Counted from the stretch's first letter, positions 1-13,009 are shown. The stretch is 64,000 nucleotides of DNA from Schizochytrium sp. TIO01 (GCA_004764695.1 SMSO01000031.1:3262436-3326435); one strand, 5' to 3'. The notes: generated from the letters alone by a model not told the origin. A program made the numbers and translations.

Positions 1-4
1 GCAT

Positions 5-1540
5 TTGATGAAGTCTCCTTTCATGATGCAATCATCTCAGCATCTTGCTGCATGTTCAAAAATTTGTGAAAGTGATGAGGGGCAGGCCTTTCTCGAATGC
101 ATGGCTCTTGTTCTTCACCTTCGCCGCCTGAGTCGGCGTGCGCTTGGAGCGTGGTGTTCCGAAGCTCTGCAAATCTATGCAGCAGGCTTAACATCCCAGA
201 AGAAGTCATTCAACAAGGGGATTGAAGTAGCTAATGCTGTGATTACTTTAGTACGGAGTGAAAGTCTACCTTTGATTCAAGCGGATAATGCAGATCACGG
301 AAAGGCCTGGATTGACCGCCATGCTCGTTTTGCAATTCACGTAATCCAAGAGTATCTAGTGGCTGCATATGTCTTTCGGGAAATTCAAAGTATTGAGCCA
401 GAAAATATCATTGACTTCATTTTCGAGTTAAATCTTACGGCGAAAGATCATGTACATTTAAGATCTGAAGATGTATTGATTCCATTGTACGCGGCTGGCT
501 ATGATACAGATGCTGCCAATTGTGAGGATGGTGATGCTGGTGACGAGCAAAGTTATTCTGATGCATACAAATCTTCAGAAGAAATATATACAGACAATGC
601 AGGGGACTTCTCTGAAATTTATATGCACAACCGGAAAGACATGCGCTCTGAAAGTTCATTAAGTAGTACTGAAGACGATCTAGATGATGGAGAGACTCTG
701 AGTGTTGTTTCTGATGTTCGCCACGCTAGTCGATATCGTGTGCGGAAGATCAAGTTGCTAAATGACGTTCGTTGGCGACCTGTTCTTTACTTCTTGCAAA
801 AAATGCTACCACCGGTTGATGTTTTTGGAAACCTTTCTAGCAAGTTACTTATCAGCTTTGCAAAACTCTTAGGTCCAACACGGTTTCCCATTCAATTTGC
901 AAAGTATACTCGCTACGTTGCTAGAAATAAAGATGATGTGCTACTAAGACAACTCTTTACGATGCTACAAGAACATCAGCAAGAGATGGGAATCACCCTA
1001 GATCTGGTGAGCGTTCCAATTTTTGCACGCATCGAATCAGATAAAGTCTCTCTTCTATCGCAAGTCGCTGGTGATGGCTTAGTTTCTATTCTCGCAATAG
1101 TCCTCGATATTATAAAGAAAACATCCCCAGGAATTCGCAAAACAATTTTGAATAACACTAATGCAGGTGAAACTGCTCTGTGTGTAGCTGCTACCAATGG
1201 CCATGCTGAGTGTATAACTCTATTATTAGAACATGGCGCAAGCATAAACGGGAATGATCCTGAGCTTTGTGGTGATGCAGTTTTCCTCGCAGCATATGAG
1301 CAAAAGCTAGACTGTGTAAAGATTCTTCTAGAGAACGGGGCTAATCCAAACGCATCATACGATGGTACATCATGTCTATTTAATGCTGCATATGATGGGA
1401 ATTATAAACTTTGCGAATTACTGATTCAGCATGGTGCAAGCCGTGAGATGCCATCCTCGTCTGGACATTTGCCTATCGATGTGGCGAGGCAGGAGAATTA
1501 CACTTCTCTCTATGATCTCCTTGAGCCAAGAAGCCCATAA
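5..1540 (+). CDS. Ankyrin-repeat protein (about 4 C-terminal ANK repeats); probably extends 5' of the window
   Basis: Frame is open from the window edge. C-terminus has ANK consensus: GETALCVAATNGHAECITLLLEHGASIN, AVFLAAYEQKLDCVKILLENGANPN, GTSCLFNAAYDGNYKLCELLIQHGA, GHLPIDVA. Central region is an acidic linker. Confidence 0.9.
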   Translation: MMKSPFMMQSSQHLAACSKICESDEGQAFLECMALVLHLRRLSRRALGAWCSEALQIYAAGLTSQKKSFNKGIEVANAVITLVRSESLPLIQADNADHGKAWIDRHARFAIHVIQEYLVAAYVFREIQSIEPENIIDFIFELNLTAKDHVHLRSEDVLIPLYAAGYDTDAANCEDGDAGDEQSYSDAYKSSEEIYTDNAGDFSEIYMHNRKDMRSESSLSSTEDDLDDGETLSVVSDVRHASRYRVRKIKLLNDVRWRPVLYFLQKMLPPVDVFGNLSSKLLISFAKLLGPTRFPIQFAKYTRYVARNKDDVLLRQLFTMLQEHQQEMGITLDLVSVPIFARIESDKVSLLSQVAGDGLVSILAIVLDIIKKTSPGIRKTILNNTNAGETALCVAATNGHAECITLLLEHGASINGNDPELCGDAVFLAAYEQKLDCVKILLENGANPNASYDGTSCLFNAAYDGNYKLCELLIQHGASREMPSSSGHLPIDVARQENYTSLYDLLEPRSP

Positions 1541-2609
1541 TAATTGTTTTATCGAAAGTGATCGTTTTTATAAATGAAAATGTATTTTAATTCACTCTAC
1601 GAATGCTGATTCTCTTTTGTCCTAGGCACTATTTCTCCCTACCATACATGAAAGAATTTGTTCTAAGATTCTGGGTAGTTAATCTGATACGTGATGAAGA
1701 CGATACTTCCTATCTTCTCTGCTCATTTCCTCTACTAGAATTTTTTTTTCTTTTTTTTCCTGCGAAGAATTGAAAAATCCTCATGGAAAAAGAAAAGGAA
1801 AAAGCCCGTTTGCAGGGTATGTTGAATAGCCGAAAAGGAGAGCAAAAGTAGGTAAAACGTTTCCTTCGTTCTATTCTACATTAGTGTCTTTCTTCTGAGA
1901 ATTGTGTGCTGAGAAGCGCGTGGCGGGACTACAAAACGCTTAGTTAGCCACACATCATGCGCGAAGAAGCCCTTCTAAATTGCTCTATATTCTTGACGCA
2001 CCGTTATGGCCCTGTTGCCTTGGCATCTATCATACCTTATAACGGATCTAAAAAAGTGAGTCTTATATTTCTTCTTAGAACAGGAATAAAGCAGTCCTAG
2101 GAAGGGTGGCATCTAATTTGGTTCGCAGTTGGACTGCGGTATTCGCCAAGAAACAAAGAACACTGCAAAGATAAAAATTGTTGGCAAGTTCGTACTTAGA
2201 TACCTTGGTGTATGTTTGATATCTTGCAACCATCCGTCCCTGCGGTGAGCTCTAATTCATTTTGGCATGAGCAATTCACTGAAAAAGACGAATGATTCTC
2301 TGTGTTTTTAGTTGAATTCTCAAAGCACTCGAAAGCACATGGAATAATAATGTAATTTATGCCTAGGAGTGTTACCACGACTCATAGATAGGATTATCAT
2401 ATTATGTGCATTTCGAACAAGATCATTCTTGTGAAAAGTAATCGCTGTAATAGTTGGCAATTTACAAAGTTCGCGTGATAAACAAGGCGAGCTTTAGTTG
2501 TGCCCATTGCACGAAAGCGATCAGGCACAAGAGTTGTGCCTGAAAAGAGTTGGAGCTTGCTGGCTCATTATTGTCAACACTCGCAGGGTTAGCAGCTCGT
2601 CTCCCCAGG

Positions 2610-3278
2610 ATGGGAGCTACTTCAAGTGTTCTCGCGGAGGAGCTTCGTGTTGCAGGGGTGCATGATGAGCTTGCAGAAAAAATACACGAGCATCGTGTTT
2701 CGATTGAAGCTGCACATCAGATGGAGGAGGCTGCGCACGAAGAAGACATCCGAGCAAAGAAAAGAGAACGGCTTCGTCACATTCTTGCAGAGCAGTGCAT
2801 GGTCAAAGAAGAGGCACAACTAGCATTGATTCTTGATATATTTGAACAGTGTATCAAATCACATGAAGCAAATCTAGAATGCGAAGACTTTCCAGAACCT
2901 GACAATTGTAGCAGAGCTTCCCCACGGTTGTCTCATGTTGATACTTCTCCGACTGCTGTAATTGCAGAGACTGAAGTTGAGGAGGATGTATACGCCCCGC
3001 AACCTCGAGATACCAGCGCTATTGAACTGCCTGAGTATCTCGTAAATCTTACAGAACTGCTTGCAGAAAACACTCACGAAGAATGGGCTCAGCAACGAAT
3101 GCAGCAAGGCTGGTCATACGGTTCGTCCCGTAATGACACATTAATGCACCATCCTTGTCTCGTGCCATATGATAGACTTTCAGAAGAAGAAAAAGAGTAT
3201 GACCGGCTTACAGCTATGCAGACACTCAAATTATTATTAAGCTTTGGCTACAAGATTGAGCCTCCTCCAAAATCTTAA
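2610..3278 (+). CDS. Stand-alone RyR (ryanodine-receptor repeat) domain protein with predicted N-myristoylation
   Basis: C-terminus YAPQPRDTSAIELPEYLVNLTELLAENTHEEWAQQRMQQGWSYG...HHPCLVPYDRLSEEEKEYDR...LLSFGYKI matches the RyR repeat consensus. First in-frame ATG at 2610 gives MGATSS (the ORF-track start at 2550 is TTG). Confidence 0.88.
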   Translation: MGATSSVLAEELRVAGVHDELAEKIHEHRVSIEAAHQMEEAAHEEDIRAKKRERLRHILAEQCMVKEEAQLALILDIFEQCIKSHEANLECEDFPEPDNCSRASPRLSHVDTSPTAVIAETEVEEDVYAPQPRDTSAIELPEYLVNLTELLAENTHEEWAQQRMQQGWSYGSSRNDTLMHHPCLVPYDRLSEEEKEYDRLTAMQTLKLLLSFGYKIEPPPKS

Positions 3279-3688
3279 ATCAAGGATCGTGTCATATACA
3301 TATGTAAAATGCTATTCTCCCGAATTACAAAACTGTGTTTTGTATTTGTTCAAGCTCGGCAGCAGAGCGCCTAGCTCGAGCGAAATGTATCGAGACTGAA
3401 ACTAAATGAGCTCCTGCAACTAAAAGGGGAAGCAAGTACCCAGTAAAAGCTATAGCAGAACAGAGAAGAAAAAAGAAGTAGAAGAAGAAGAATGAATGTT
3501 ATATTTGGCCTAGGCCTTGTTGAATCGGTTCGTATTTGTGACTATGTTTGGTATGTGGTGCACCAGAAGGCACGATGACTCCTTCGTGCTCTTGTTTGTT
3601 TGTGCAATCTTCAGTGTGAAAGGCACACAAGCTATTAAATACTTGCAACTATGAAAAGAAAAGATGGCTTTGCAGCCACAGGATCATC

Positions 3689-5626
3689 TTAACCTTGAGG
3701 GCTCGAAAATGTGATCGATGCAGTTGAAGATGCAGATGAAGATGCTGATGAAGTTGTTGGTTTACGAGCTCTGACACGAGCTGGCTTGAACGTCTTATCA
3801 AGGAATCCAAGTCGAGAGAGTACACCAGCAACCATTTGAAGATGTTGCGTAATACGCTTCTCCAAAGCTTGATTTTGCTGAGTTGTTTCAAGAACAAATG
3901 ACTGCGCACCAAACGCATTATGTACGCGTCGAGCAAGCCCCCCAGAGATGGGGGGGGAAAGAACCTCAAAGCGGTGCGAGCGCTCCCTGATATTGGCATT
4001 CACAATGTCCACCATGTGTTGTGCCAAGTCTAGCGCGTTATCAGTAACGATAACAGAAGACCCCTTTGAAAATTTGGGGTTACCCACGAGCACATTGGGT
4101 TCCTTGGCCTCATGTGACTTCAGCTGGGCGTAGTAGCCCCAACCTTCATGCAAGTCAAGAAAAATTTTGGGCTGAAAGCGTGCAACAAGGTTCCAAATAT
4201 GCATCGGTAGAACCTTGTCAGGCATTTCTTCAACTTTCTCAGGGAAGGCTCTGTTTAAGTCATCATGCTTCGATGCCGTCTCCGAGGACACTGGCACTCC
4301 GGGGTTGACTAAAGAACTCATTTTCGAATAGCGGGGAATGTACCTGGTGCGTTTTTCAATACCCCGGGCATTCATACGGTCAATGACGATCATGCGTCCT
4401 TGTGCTGGTTGCCAAGTTTTAATGATCCCTCCAGCACCAAACCCCGCAAACTCTTTGCCGTGCACGCCAGATGCAATGAAAACCAAAGGGGCTGGTGAAG
4501 TGAGGTCTGACTTGAGATCAGATGAGCTCACAATATAGAAGTGAGAAACCCATGGCGTGTTTTGTGCAAAAGCACATTTAATTGCACCATTTGGAAGAGA
4601 AGTGCGCGAGCAATTGTAGTCGCGAATAATCTCCTTCAAATTGATATCAGATGTGTATTCCTCTAGCGGCTGAAAACCTTTGATTGGGATCACTAAAGCT
4701 TCTTTATCTTGCTCAGTGAGATCGGTCCGCGCTTGAGTGGAACCAATTCTTCCCTTTTTGGATTTGCCGCTTGCTGAAGATGATGTCCCCCCAGACCTTC
4801 TTCCGAGATTGACATCCTCTTCACCATTATCACTTGATCCCTGAACGTTGTCATTGATTGCTTTGCCCCTGTCATCCTCAGTTGCTTGGCCATCTACATT
4901 GTTGCTATCTTCTGCATCATCAGATGATAAGGTTTTTTTGATAGATCCATCCGAGCTATGATAATTTCTTTTAGAGTCAAGTGCCTCCTTTTGTTGATCA
5001 TCGTTGATAATAATTTCCTCCAATATTGGTGTAAATCCAGCGAGGGGCTGAGTTCTCACATGGACACCGTGATAGTCAGGGTCAGTGCTAAAGACCTCGT
5101 GGACGACACGCGACGGACAACCAGACCAGTATTTGGATGGGTCTTCCTGAACCTGAATGAGGCGTGGAACATTCCAATTCTGTGGTGTGAACACTAGCGC
5201 ACGTGGAATGAAAGATCTAAAGCAGTCGTCTTCGTCTCTGAGCGTTATGGCAACCTGGTCTATGGGTTCACTGTTGAGATTGACCTCGTACGATCTGGAT
5301 GAAATTGGCGTAAACACAAGTCCTTCGCCCGCTCCCTGCGGGTCCAAGGCTTCCGACGATCCCGAATCATCCCATGAAAAGCTCAAGGATGAGGACATCG
5401 CTACCAGGCTCTCCAAATCTGGCAAAGCGTCAAACACACGCATAGATTCTGAGTCTGCGCCTGCATGATTCGTTAAGTAGAACTGAAATGCAGCATCGCA
5501 CGCAATCAGTGCACCAAGAATGTAGGTACAAACCTTTAGAGTTCCTCCACGACCACTATTGTATGCACCTCCGCGAAGAGGTTTTCTGCGCTGCCTACTA
5601 GGCAGGTCACTGGGAAGCGTGGTCAT
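3689..5626 (-). CDS. Type II membrane-anchored M14-like zinc carboxypeptidase/deacylase (AstE_AspA / M99-like) with an Ig/Calx-beta-like module
   Basis: Zn ligands SGVHGKE and FLDLHEG, substrate motif DLNRAFP, catalytic Glu in FVLETT. N-terminal hydrophobic anchor VCTYILGALIACDAAFQFYL. Module SYEVNLNSEP...LVFTPQNWNVPRLIQV. Confidence 0.82.
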   Translation of the reverse strand: MTTLPSDLPSRQRRKPLRGGAYNSGRGGTLKVCTYILGALIACDAAFQFYLTNHAGADSESMRVFDALPDLESLVAMSSSLSFSWDDSGSSEALDPQGAGEGLVFTPISSRSYEVNLNSEPIDQVAITLRDEDDCFRSFIPRALVFTPQNWNVPRLIQVQEDPSKYWSGCPSRVVHEVFSTDPDYHGVHVRTQPLAGFTPILEEIIINDDQQKEALDSKRNYHSSDGSIKKTLSSDDAEDSNNVDGQATEDDRGKAINDNVQGSSDNGEEDVNLGRRSGGTSSSASGKSKKGRIGSTQARTDLTEQDKEALVIPIKGFQPLEEYTSDINLKEIIRDYNCSRTSLPNGAIKCAFAQNTPWVSHFYIVSSSDLKSDLTSPAPLVFIASGVHGKEFAGFGAGGIIKTWQPAQGRMIVIDRMNARGIEKRTRYIPRYSKMSSLVNPGVPVSSETASKHDDLNRAFPEKVEEMPDKVLPMHIWNLVARFQPKIFLDLHEGWGYYAQLKSHEAKEPNVLVGNPKFSKGSSVIVTDNALDLAQHMVDIVNANIRERSHRFEVLSPPISGGLARRVHNAFGAQSFVLETTQQNQALEKRITQHLQMVAGVLSRLGFLDKTFKPARVRARKPTTSSASSSASSTASITFSSPQG

Positions 5627-8600
5627 TGACGCTTTCGCTTTAGACTTTTAGCAGCTGCCTGCCTGCAGATTTCAATCGTCTTGATGGCCCAACGAACTGG
5701 ACAAGAGAAAGGATTTGTGAGATGAGGACTGGAAGCCAGACCCTCTGGCTGTAGACCTAATTTGCGTCAGGAGATGGACGCTCGCCGCACCTCCTGCGCT
5801 GTAGTTGCGATTCTTTATGGTCGATCTGCGTCACAACAGCGAATCAGCACTCTTCGATTAGAAGATGGCGGTAGGTACATACTAATAAATAGTAATAGCA
5901 ATAGCAACCATAGTACTACGATTGTAGAGATCAATGTTGCCTTTAAAAAAAATCAAAATGTCTACCTACCATGGGATTGAGTAAAATATCCAGTGGACAG
6001 CATGAGTCATTGTATAGTGCTGATTATGCTGTACTTTTGCCGGGAAGCAATCGATGTAGTCTTATTTTTTTCTTTCGTCGTACATTTCGGGTCGCTATCT
6101 GAGGTTTTGTTTAAGGTTATACTGTATGTAATAATGGAGCAGCATCGGCTCAATCTCCGTTATGGCTCATTAGCGTTACGCTACACGATGCCTTTTAGGT
6201 GATAGAGGACTATGAAGGTCTCGCATCAGGACCGAAAACGAAGGCCAGGGCTAAAGTTCCTACCCTAGCAACAGAGTAAAGCTTGGTCCACATTGGCAGT
6301 AGAGCAAACGTTGCTTTCGTCACAGGGGGGGGGGGGGTCGTGGAAATATTAGGTATACGTGGATTGCTACAGCTAGGGTTGAAATGATCAGCTGCCCCCT
6401 GAAGCTAGCAGCCATAACCATGCTAAGTACTAGCCAGGTACACTCCACTTGTATTAGAACTAGTAGGCAGGCCTAAAATAAGTTCTCTCAAATATTGATT
6501 GTAGGGCAGCGATACTATGATGTGGGGGCACATATTTGAGAGTAGTTAATAAGAGAAGAAGAACCGACGTCGGAGGTCTTCAGCAGGTAAGGATTGTAGG
6601 ATTGTAGTACCTAACGATTGGAGCGGGTGGGGATGCAGTAACTACTTGGTGATGATGTGGTGAAACAAAAACATATGTTACGTGCTGCGTTTTTCGAAAT
6701 GAAATTGCAAAGAGACTGCAACACATGTTCTCGCAACTACATCAGGCTAATACAGAATGTTCATAACTGACATCTTCTAAAACCTTTTAACAATACAATA
6801 AATTTGCAATTGCTCCATCATCTAGGTGTAATATACGTATTATTACTTTGCAAATATTATTTACATATTTGATCTCATCTATCAAGTGGGTATCATAGAG
6901 TGTCTCAATAGTACAGGTGGGAAGTGGTTATGCACCCTGATTAGTTAGGGCGGACCTGTAATTACACGTCGGTGTGTACATCCAACACTAATATTTCGAG
7001 CTAAAAATGCTTGGTTCAAAGCCTGGACCTTGGCAACAGCATAACTTCAACAGTTAATTCCGAAATGTTCTTTATCTTCATTTCTCTACCCATGCAATCC
7101 CACGCTTATCGCTTCTCACTAGTTGCTATAACATTCTACAAAAATGAAAATTAGCTCATCGGGTACAGGATCAATAAAGAACCTGCAAACATTTGCAGAA
7201 CTCAAGATCCAGGGGGAAAGAAAAGAAATGAAAAGAAAAGAAAAGGAGAAAAGAGAAAAGAATTTAAGTTCAACGAACAACTCTGAAGAAAAGCAATACT
7301 ATGATATTAAAAGTAGCTTGCAAGACTCTATGCTATACGCCGTACAGAATATATCATCAGCAACATGATGTTCGAGTCGAAGGGTTCTGCTTCAAAGATT
7401 CTTTAACTTAAGACCAGCCATTATTCCACTATTGCTACATTCTAGTTTGTGTTGCATGATTCTCATCTCTTTTCTCTGACTATGGTTTTGCAAGAAGACC
7501 AACAATATGTATTTTTTTAATTGACTACATCTGATTGTTCTTAAAGAATTGTTGCTCACCACATGGTCTTAAAAATGTTCAATTGTGCTATTTTATAAGC
7601 TATGTTTATAAAACCTGATTGTGGGAGGCTAAAGCTTCAGGAAGTAGTACCTACTGCGTACAACGTGGTTAGGAATCTTATTTTAAAAGTCTCGTGGCTC
7701 TATTCAGGTTCCCAACATCTCGACTTTGTTATAATATATCTATTTGCGGTCTGGGGCCGCTGGCTGTTTCGAGCTTCCTAAGGAAGCTGACAATATTCTA
7801 TCCTTTTGGATTATTTTGACAACTAGCATAGCTGAGCTTCTGACTGAGATTGGTCAGTCTCCAGACATGCAATTACCTTGAGATAGTTAACCTTTGCGCA
7901 CCTCTGGTTAGATTGCATGCGCAGAGCTATCATTCAACTACCTACTACCTACTACCTACTACCAACTACCAAATCCACCCATGCTTCTTCATTCATGACG
8001 CGGATTGGATTCGTTGAGGTCATGTGCTGCGAGCTGACGCAAATTCTAGCTCTACCGATTCAGTACAAGGGTACCTACAATGCCATTTGCGACAAGAGGT
8101 CGCTGAAGATATCGTAGACCATTCATTTCATAAAGGAATCATCTCTAATCAATGGCTGACCGAGTTCAAGTCCCTCGGAAGTCTATGCCTATCTGAACTT
8201 GTTACGGTGAAGGTCATGGTCATGATCATACTCTCAATGTGGCACCGGCTTTGGCGTCAGCAAATTACACCTCGCTTCGAAAACGTGGCAAGTTGGCCAA
8301 GAATATGTCTATGCACTTTCTCTTATTCACTGCCGAGAACTTCATTAAGCCTATTGAAACAATAAAAGAACAAAAGTTCTGTTGTTGCTCGTGAAATGGT
8401 TGTTAATTTTTAGAAGTACACATTCTTTTCGAAAAAGAACATAATAACTTTAACTTATATTTGTCACCTATTTATTATCAAATAATATGCGCTAATTTTA
8501 TTTTATTTTATTTTTAAAGAAAGAAAAAGGAGTCATACTATATATAGGTATATTTAAGCATCAATAATAATTAATTGAGTGATATTTTTTTCGTCTAAAA

Positions 8601-11600
8601 TTGTTTTTAAAATTAAAAAACTTTAATAGGCTTCCTGCTCGCCTTTAAAAAATAAATAAAAAGGTCTCGCTCACTGAACCTTCGGGCAGGGCACATCTAT
8701 GTCCGACCGATATTGGAGGTGGTAAAACAGGACCATTCAGGTGTGCTTAAAATTTAAGTTCAAGAAACCCAGAAATAAGGCGTGAGATAAGTGACGGAGA
8801 CTCACCTTGCCGAAGTTGCGTTGCAGAATTCGGGTTGTTTTCTTTACTTTTCAATCTTCTATTTAACACTGGCGCAATATATAAAAAAATTGCGAGTTAG
8901 AATCTAGCAGCCCTTTCTTTATACGTGGTAGAGTACATAATGAAGATAAAATTCATCAGGCAACGACCCTACAAAGAACTGTTAGCAAGCGGAAGCTATA
9001 TTCACATAGCAGCGCATACGATCCCGCCGTCCACGCTGAGCAATGAATAAATACAAATACGCTCTTGAATTCAATATAATACAAAGGCGGTTAGGCTCCT
9101 GATTTATTTATGCATTTGTTCAATGAGAAGATACCTAATTGTATAATTGTATTAGACGTGTGGAAGAAACGGTTCAATTAGCAAAACACAGCTCGTATAT
9201 ATATATGTTCATCAATACCTATGGGAAAGGGCATGGAATGTGTATCTTCATTGATCCTCTCTGCTTTAAATTAGAACTTCGTGGCTGTCATTTTTGTTTG
9301 TTAATTGAAAGAATGAGCAATAACAACGAATTTCCATTACAACGATGTCCTATTTTGAAGAATTTTCTGAATAAGGTAGATGTGGTTAGTGATAAAACCC
9401 CAGTCCTATTTTTATTCTGCAAGATCCTGCGTGTTTCTTTAATGTTTGCATTATTCGTTCTCAAATAAATTTCGGATCATCCAGATATTTACGCTGCAAT
9501 GATTCTTCGTACAATAGGCCCTCTGTGATGACGCTGATATCATTGACACTGCTTATCTTGGTGTTAGCTCCTTCATAGCGATCCAAGTCATGGAATGTTA
9601 AAATCGAGTAACGCATACCATACAAGTGCTCCTATAATCTTACGTCTGCTATTGCACTTTCGGGGCTGTGCTTTTTCTACCAATACCCCATGAGAATACT
9701 TTGATGCACTATGGAAACTCTGTTCTCTTATTATTTTGCAACTTCACTCAAGAGCTCTTTAAATTGATTGCATATCCAATGTATTATACCCACCGAGGGC
9801 GGGCGGCATCTCCATGCCTATGAAATGCAATTTCCATATCTCAGCAGAGCATCATTTGACACCATCGCAGTGCTCAGGAAGCTAGGTTTGTAAACGCGCA
9901 TCAATCGAATAACCATCATTTATCTCATCAGAACAGAATTGAGTGTTGTTGCAAAAGAGGCAGAACTTGAAGTGATAGATCAACCTCTGTCTTCCAATTG
10001 GGACCTTCGTGAACGTGCGACCACCTCAGTCCGTCCTGCCAAATTCAGGTGACCTCGCGCCATCATATCGCCAGCTTTTGCCTATGGGTGACGGACCTCA
10101 TTTACAGCCGAGCTGGCGCATGAATGAATGAATGGATGAATGCCAGCCTGCCAGCCTGCCAGCTCCGGAGAAGAGTTCTGATCCACCCGATGCGCTTAAC
10201 CGACTGCTTCAAGAGCGGCGGTGTCATCAAAGGGAGTCTGACTCTAGCTAGATCATGTCACTCCAAGCTAAGTGTGCTCTTCGAGTGAGTTCTCATGGGT
10301 TTAATCGCGTTCATTGTTGTTTTGTTTAATCAAATACTTACTCCTCATATCAATTTATTAATTGAGATTAAAAGTTTTAATTTTAAGGTGATGGAACCTC
10401 TGGAACGGTTTGAACAGAACCTATTTTCTACAAGAATAACATCAAGCAAGCACCATTCTTGAGCGAGAGGAGCTTCAGGTGCCCCTGCTGTTTTAGTCTT
10501 TGAAGGCTCAAGATATCCAAAACTTGCACCATAGTCGCGACACCCACGCGCGAATTTGCATCACGCCCGGATGTGAACAATAATCATTCATTGGCTTTAC
10601 AAAGGGGCTCGCGACGAGTAATCGCCACTTATAAAAAGAACCTCGGATAGTTCGCCAGAATTTTAATTTAATTAATTTAATTAAGAGAAACTTTAGTAGA
10701 TAAAAGCTAGAACAAAATACCACTTTGATTTTTAAAAAATATTTTTTTAATGAAAGAAAAATAAGAAAAGCAAACGAATCCGACTTTTTCTCTTTTCGAG
10801 TTGGAATCCTGATGACTCGTATTTCTGTTTATTTGAACTGCCAGAGGACGAAGGGAGCTCTACACTCAAGTTACTGGTATTCTGTGCTCTTCCTCTCCAT
10901 TTTCAAAGAACATATTTCAAAGAACTTGCTTACCTAGCTAATATACTAATTCAAGACAAAAGACCAATACGATACGTGAGAACAGCTCTTTGAGATAGAA
11001 ATTAAAATTAAATTGTTACCAACTATTTTCTCTAAAAGAACAGAACAGACCTTAAAAAAAGAGGGTCGTTTTAGTTATAGCTCATGTCTAGTCCCCATCA
11101 TATGTTGATGCAGAAGCACCTATTCTGTCGAAGAGGTTGGCATATGGCATGAATTAAATGGTCGATGCGAATAAAACTGCCCCCAACGCAGTGGCAACTC
11201 TTGCATCGTTCTTATTAATTGGCCCGTCTCGGTCCGGCGTGAGACAATTATCTTAATTGCAGGGTAGAAGTAGTACGTTTTTCAAATTAGATCGTTATTT
11301 TTTCTCCACCTATGTTTTCACGTTTGCCCCATATATATTTATTATTTATTTTGAACGTAGATATTTATTTATTTAACTTTAATGAAATTTAAGTAAACAA
11401 ATAAATAAAGTAAAATAGTGATTAAATCAAGTAGGTCACAAAGGTGGAAAGTAGAAACAAAGAACAGCGATGGTGGAGGTTTTGGTATGTATTATCGCTG
11501 TTCTTTCCGTGATGACTCTGGTGTGTGAAACGATAGTTGTGCAAAGTTCAGAAGCCTGCGCTCGGTTCAAGAACTTGAACTTTTAGGTTGGCGTCATCAA

Positions 11601-13008
11601 AAGCAAATCAGTGATACTGATTCTTGCAGGGCTCGTTTTACAAATGGCATCGCCAGTTTCAACAATGTTGACATTATTAGCACTCTCGAGATTATGGCGG
11701 CACTGGAAATCATGGGCATGAATAAGCCCCCTGAGTGTTCTTCAAGAAGCGACATGATTGTTGCCCTGCCTCAGAGCTCGAGACCCTTCTCGACTGACAA
11801 AGATGATAATCAAATTCTCAAAGTCTAATAACGTTTTTAGTTTTGCTAATATTGGACCTCAGGAACGTGTGGTGGTTAATAGTTTATGGGCTTCTATGCA
11901 GTTTGGACCTCACGAACCTTGGCTTCATTCACTCTTGATTGTATAATTGAATCCTCGGCTGGCGCTTCTTGGTATCGCCTAGCGCCTCTTTTGACTCAAT
12001 GAGAGTGAGGCTGAAGTTGGGCTTGCCAACTTTAGCGCAACTCCTTTGGGGGGCTTTCATGTGCCAAGCGGAGACTTGGTACATTGTTCCGTAGTTCATC
12101 ACAAATTCTCCTTTGCGCGAGCTTTTGTAAACAGATGCCGCGCAAAGGTCTTCATACGGAAAGTTACGCACATACAGAGAACCTGAGAGGCGGGCGCTGT
12201 GATCAGCGGCTTGTTTATCTGGGTTCGTTATTCATTGTGGCAACCAAAAAGTCAAGTCTCAATTGGTTCAACTTGATTTGGCTAGTCACCTGGAGCAATC
12301 TATGGTTGTTCTTAGGTGCACTTGAGTTAATTAGAATGGAAACCGGTTCTTCTGGCGAATCAGGGTAGCTCAGGTCTAAGTGATCGGGTATGAGGTCTCC
12401 AGGCTTCGTACAATGGTGCTCCCCTTGGACCCATGCAGGTCCTCCCCTTATTCTTTGTACGATTTTCGTCTTTGTGGCAAAAGAACAGTAAAAATCGAAA
12501 TTGTGCATCGCCTAGAAATTAAAAAATAAATAATAACAATAATAACAATAATAACAATAAAATCACATTTTGAAGAGTGACAGTTTCATTGTGGTTTATT
12601 TTACCTGGGTACCGGGTCGTAGCTATCTAGCGAGGCAGCGCCTTCTACCATGATTCTTGTTTGTTTGATCGCAGCAGACAAGGAGACAGCGAGTGCTGAC
12701 CACTGTTGCATGGAATTGATTTCTTTTCACGTTAGGTCAGAACTGGTAGGCGCTACGTATATACTTTTTGTACGTTCTTAAATAAAATTATAATTATAAT
12801 TATATTCTGCAGAATATGCCTGGCCATTGTTTTGGCATCTATGAAATTAAAATAATTGGTTTGGGTTGTGGTCTGATTGCGCGAGGATAGGTTAAAAAAC
12901 GGATGAGGGCAGCAGCTAGACTTTCATTTTGGCTCTTGCCTATTTCGTGGCGATGGCAAAGCTAAACTCATAAGGATTGTCTTCTAGATCAGCTTAGCAA
13001 TGAAAGCT

Positions 13009-13009
<1 letters not shown>

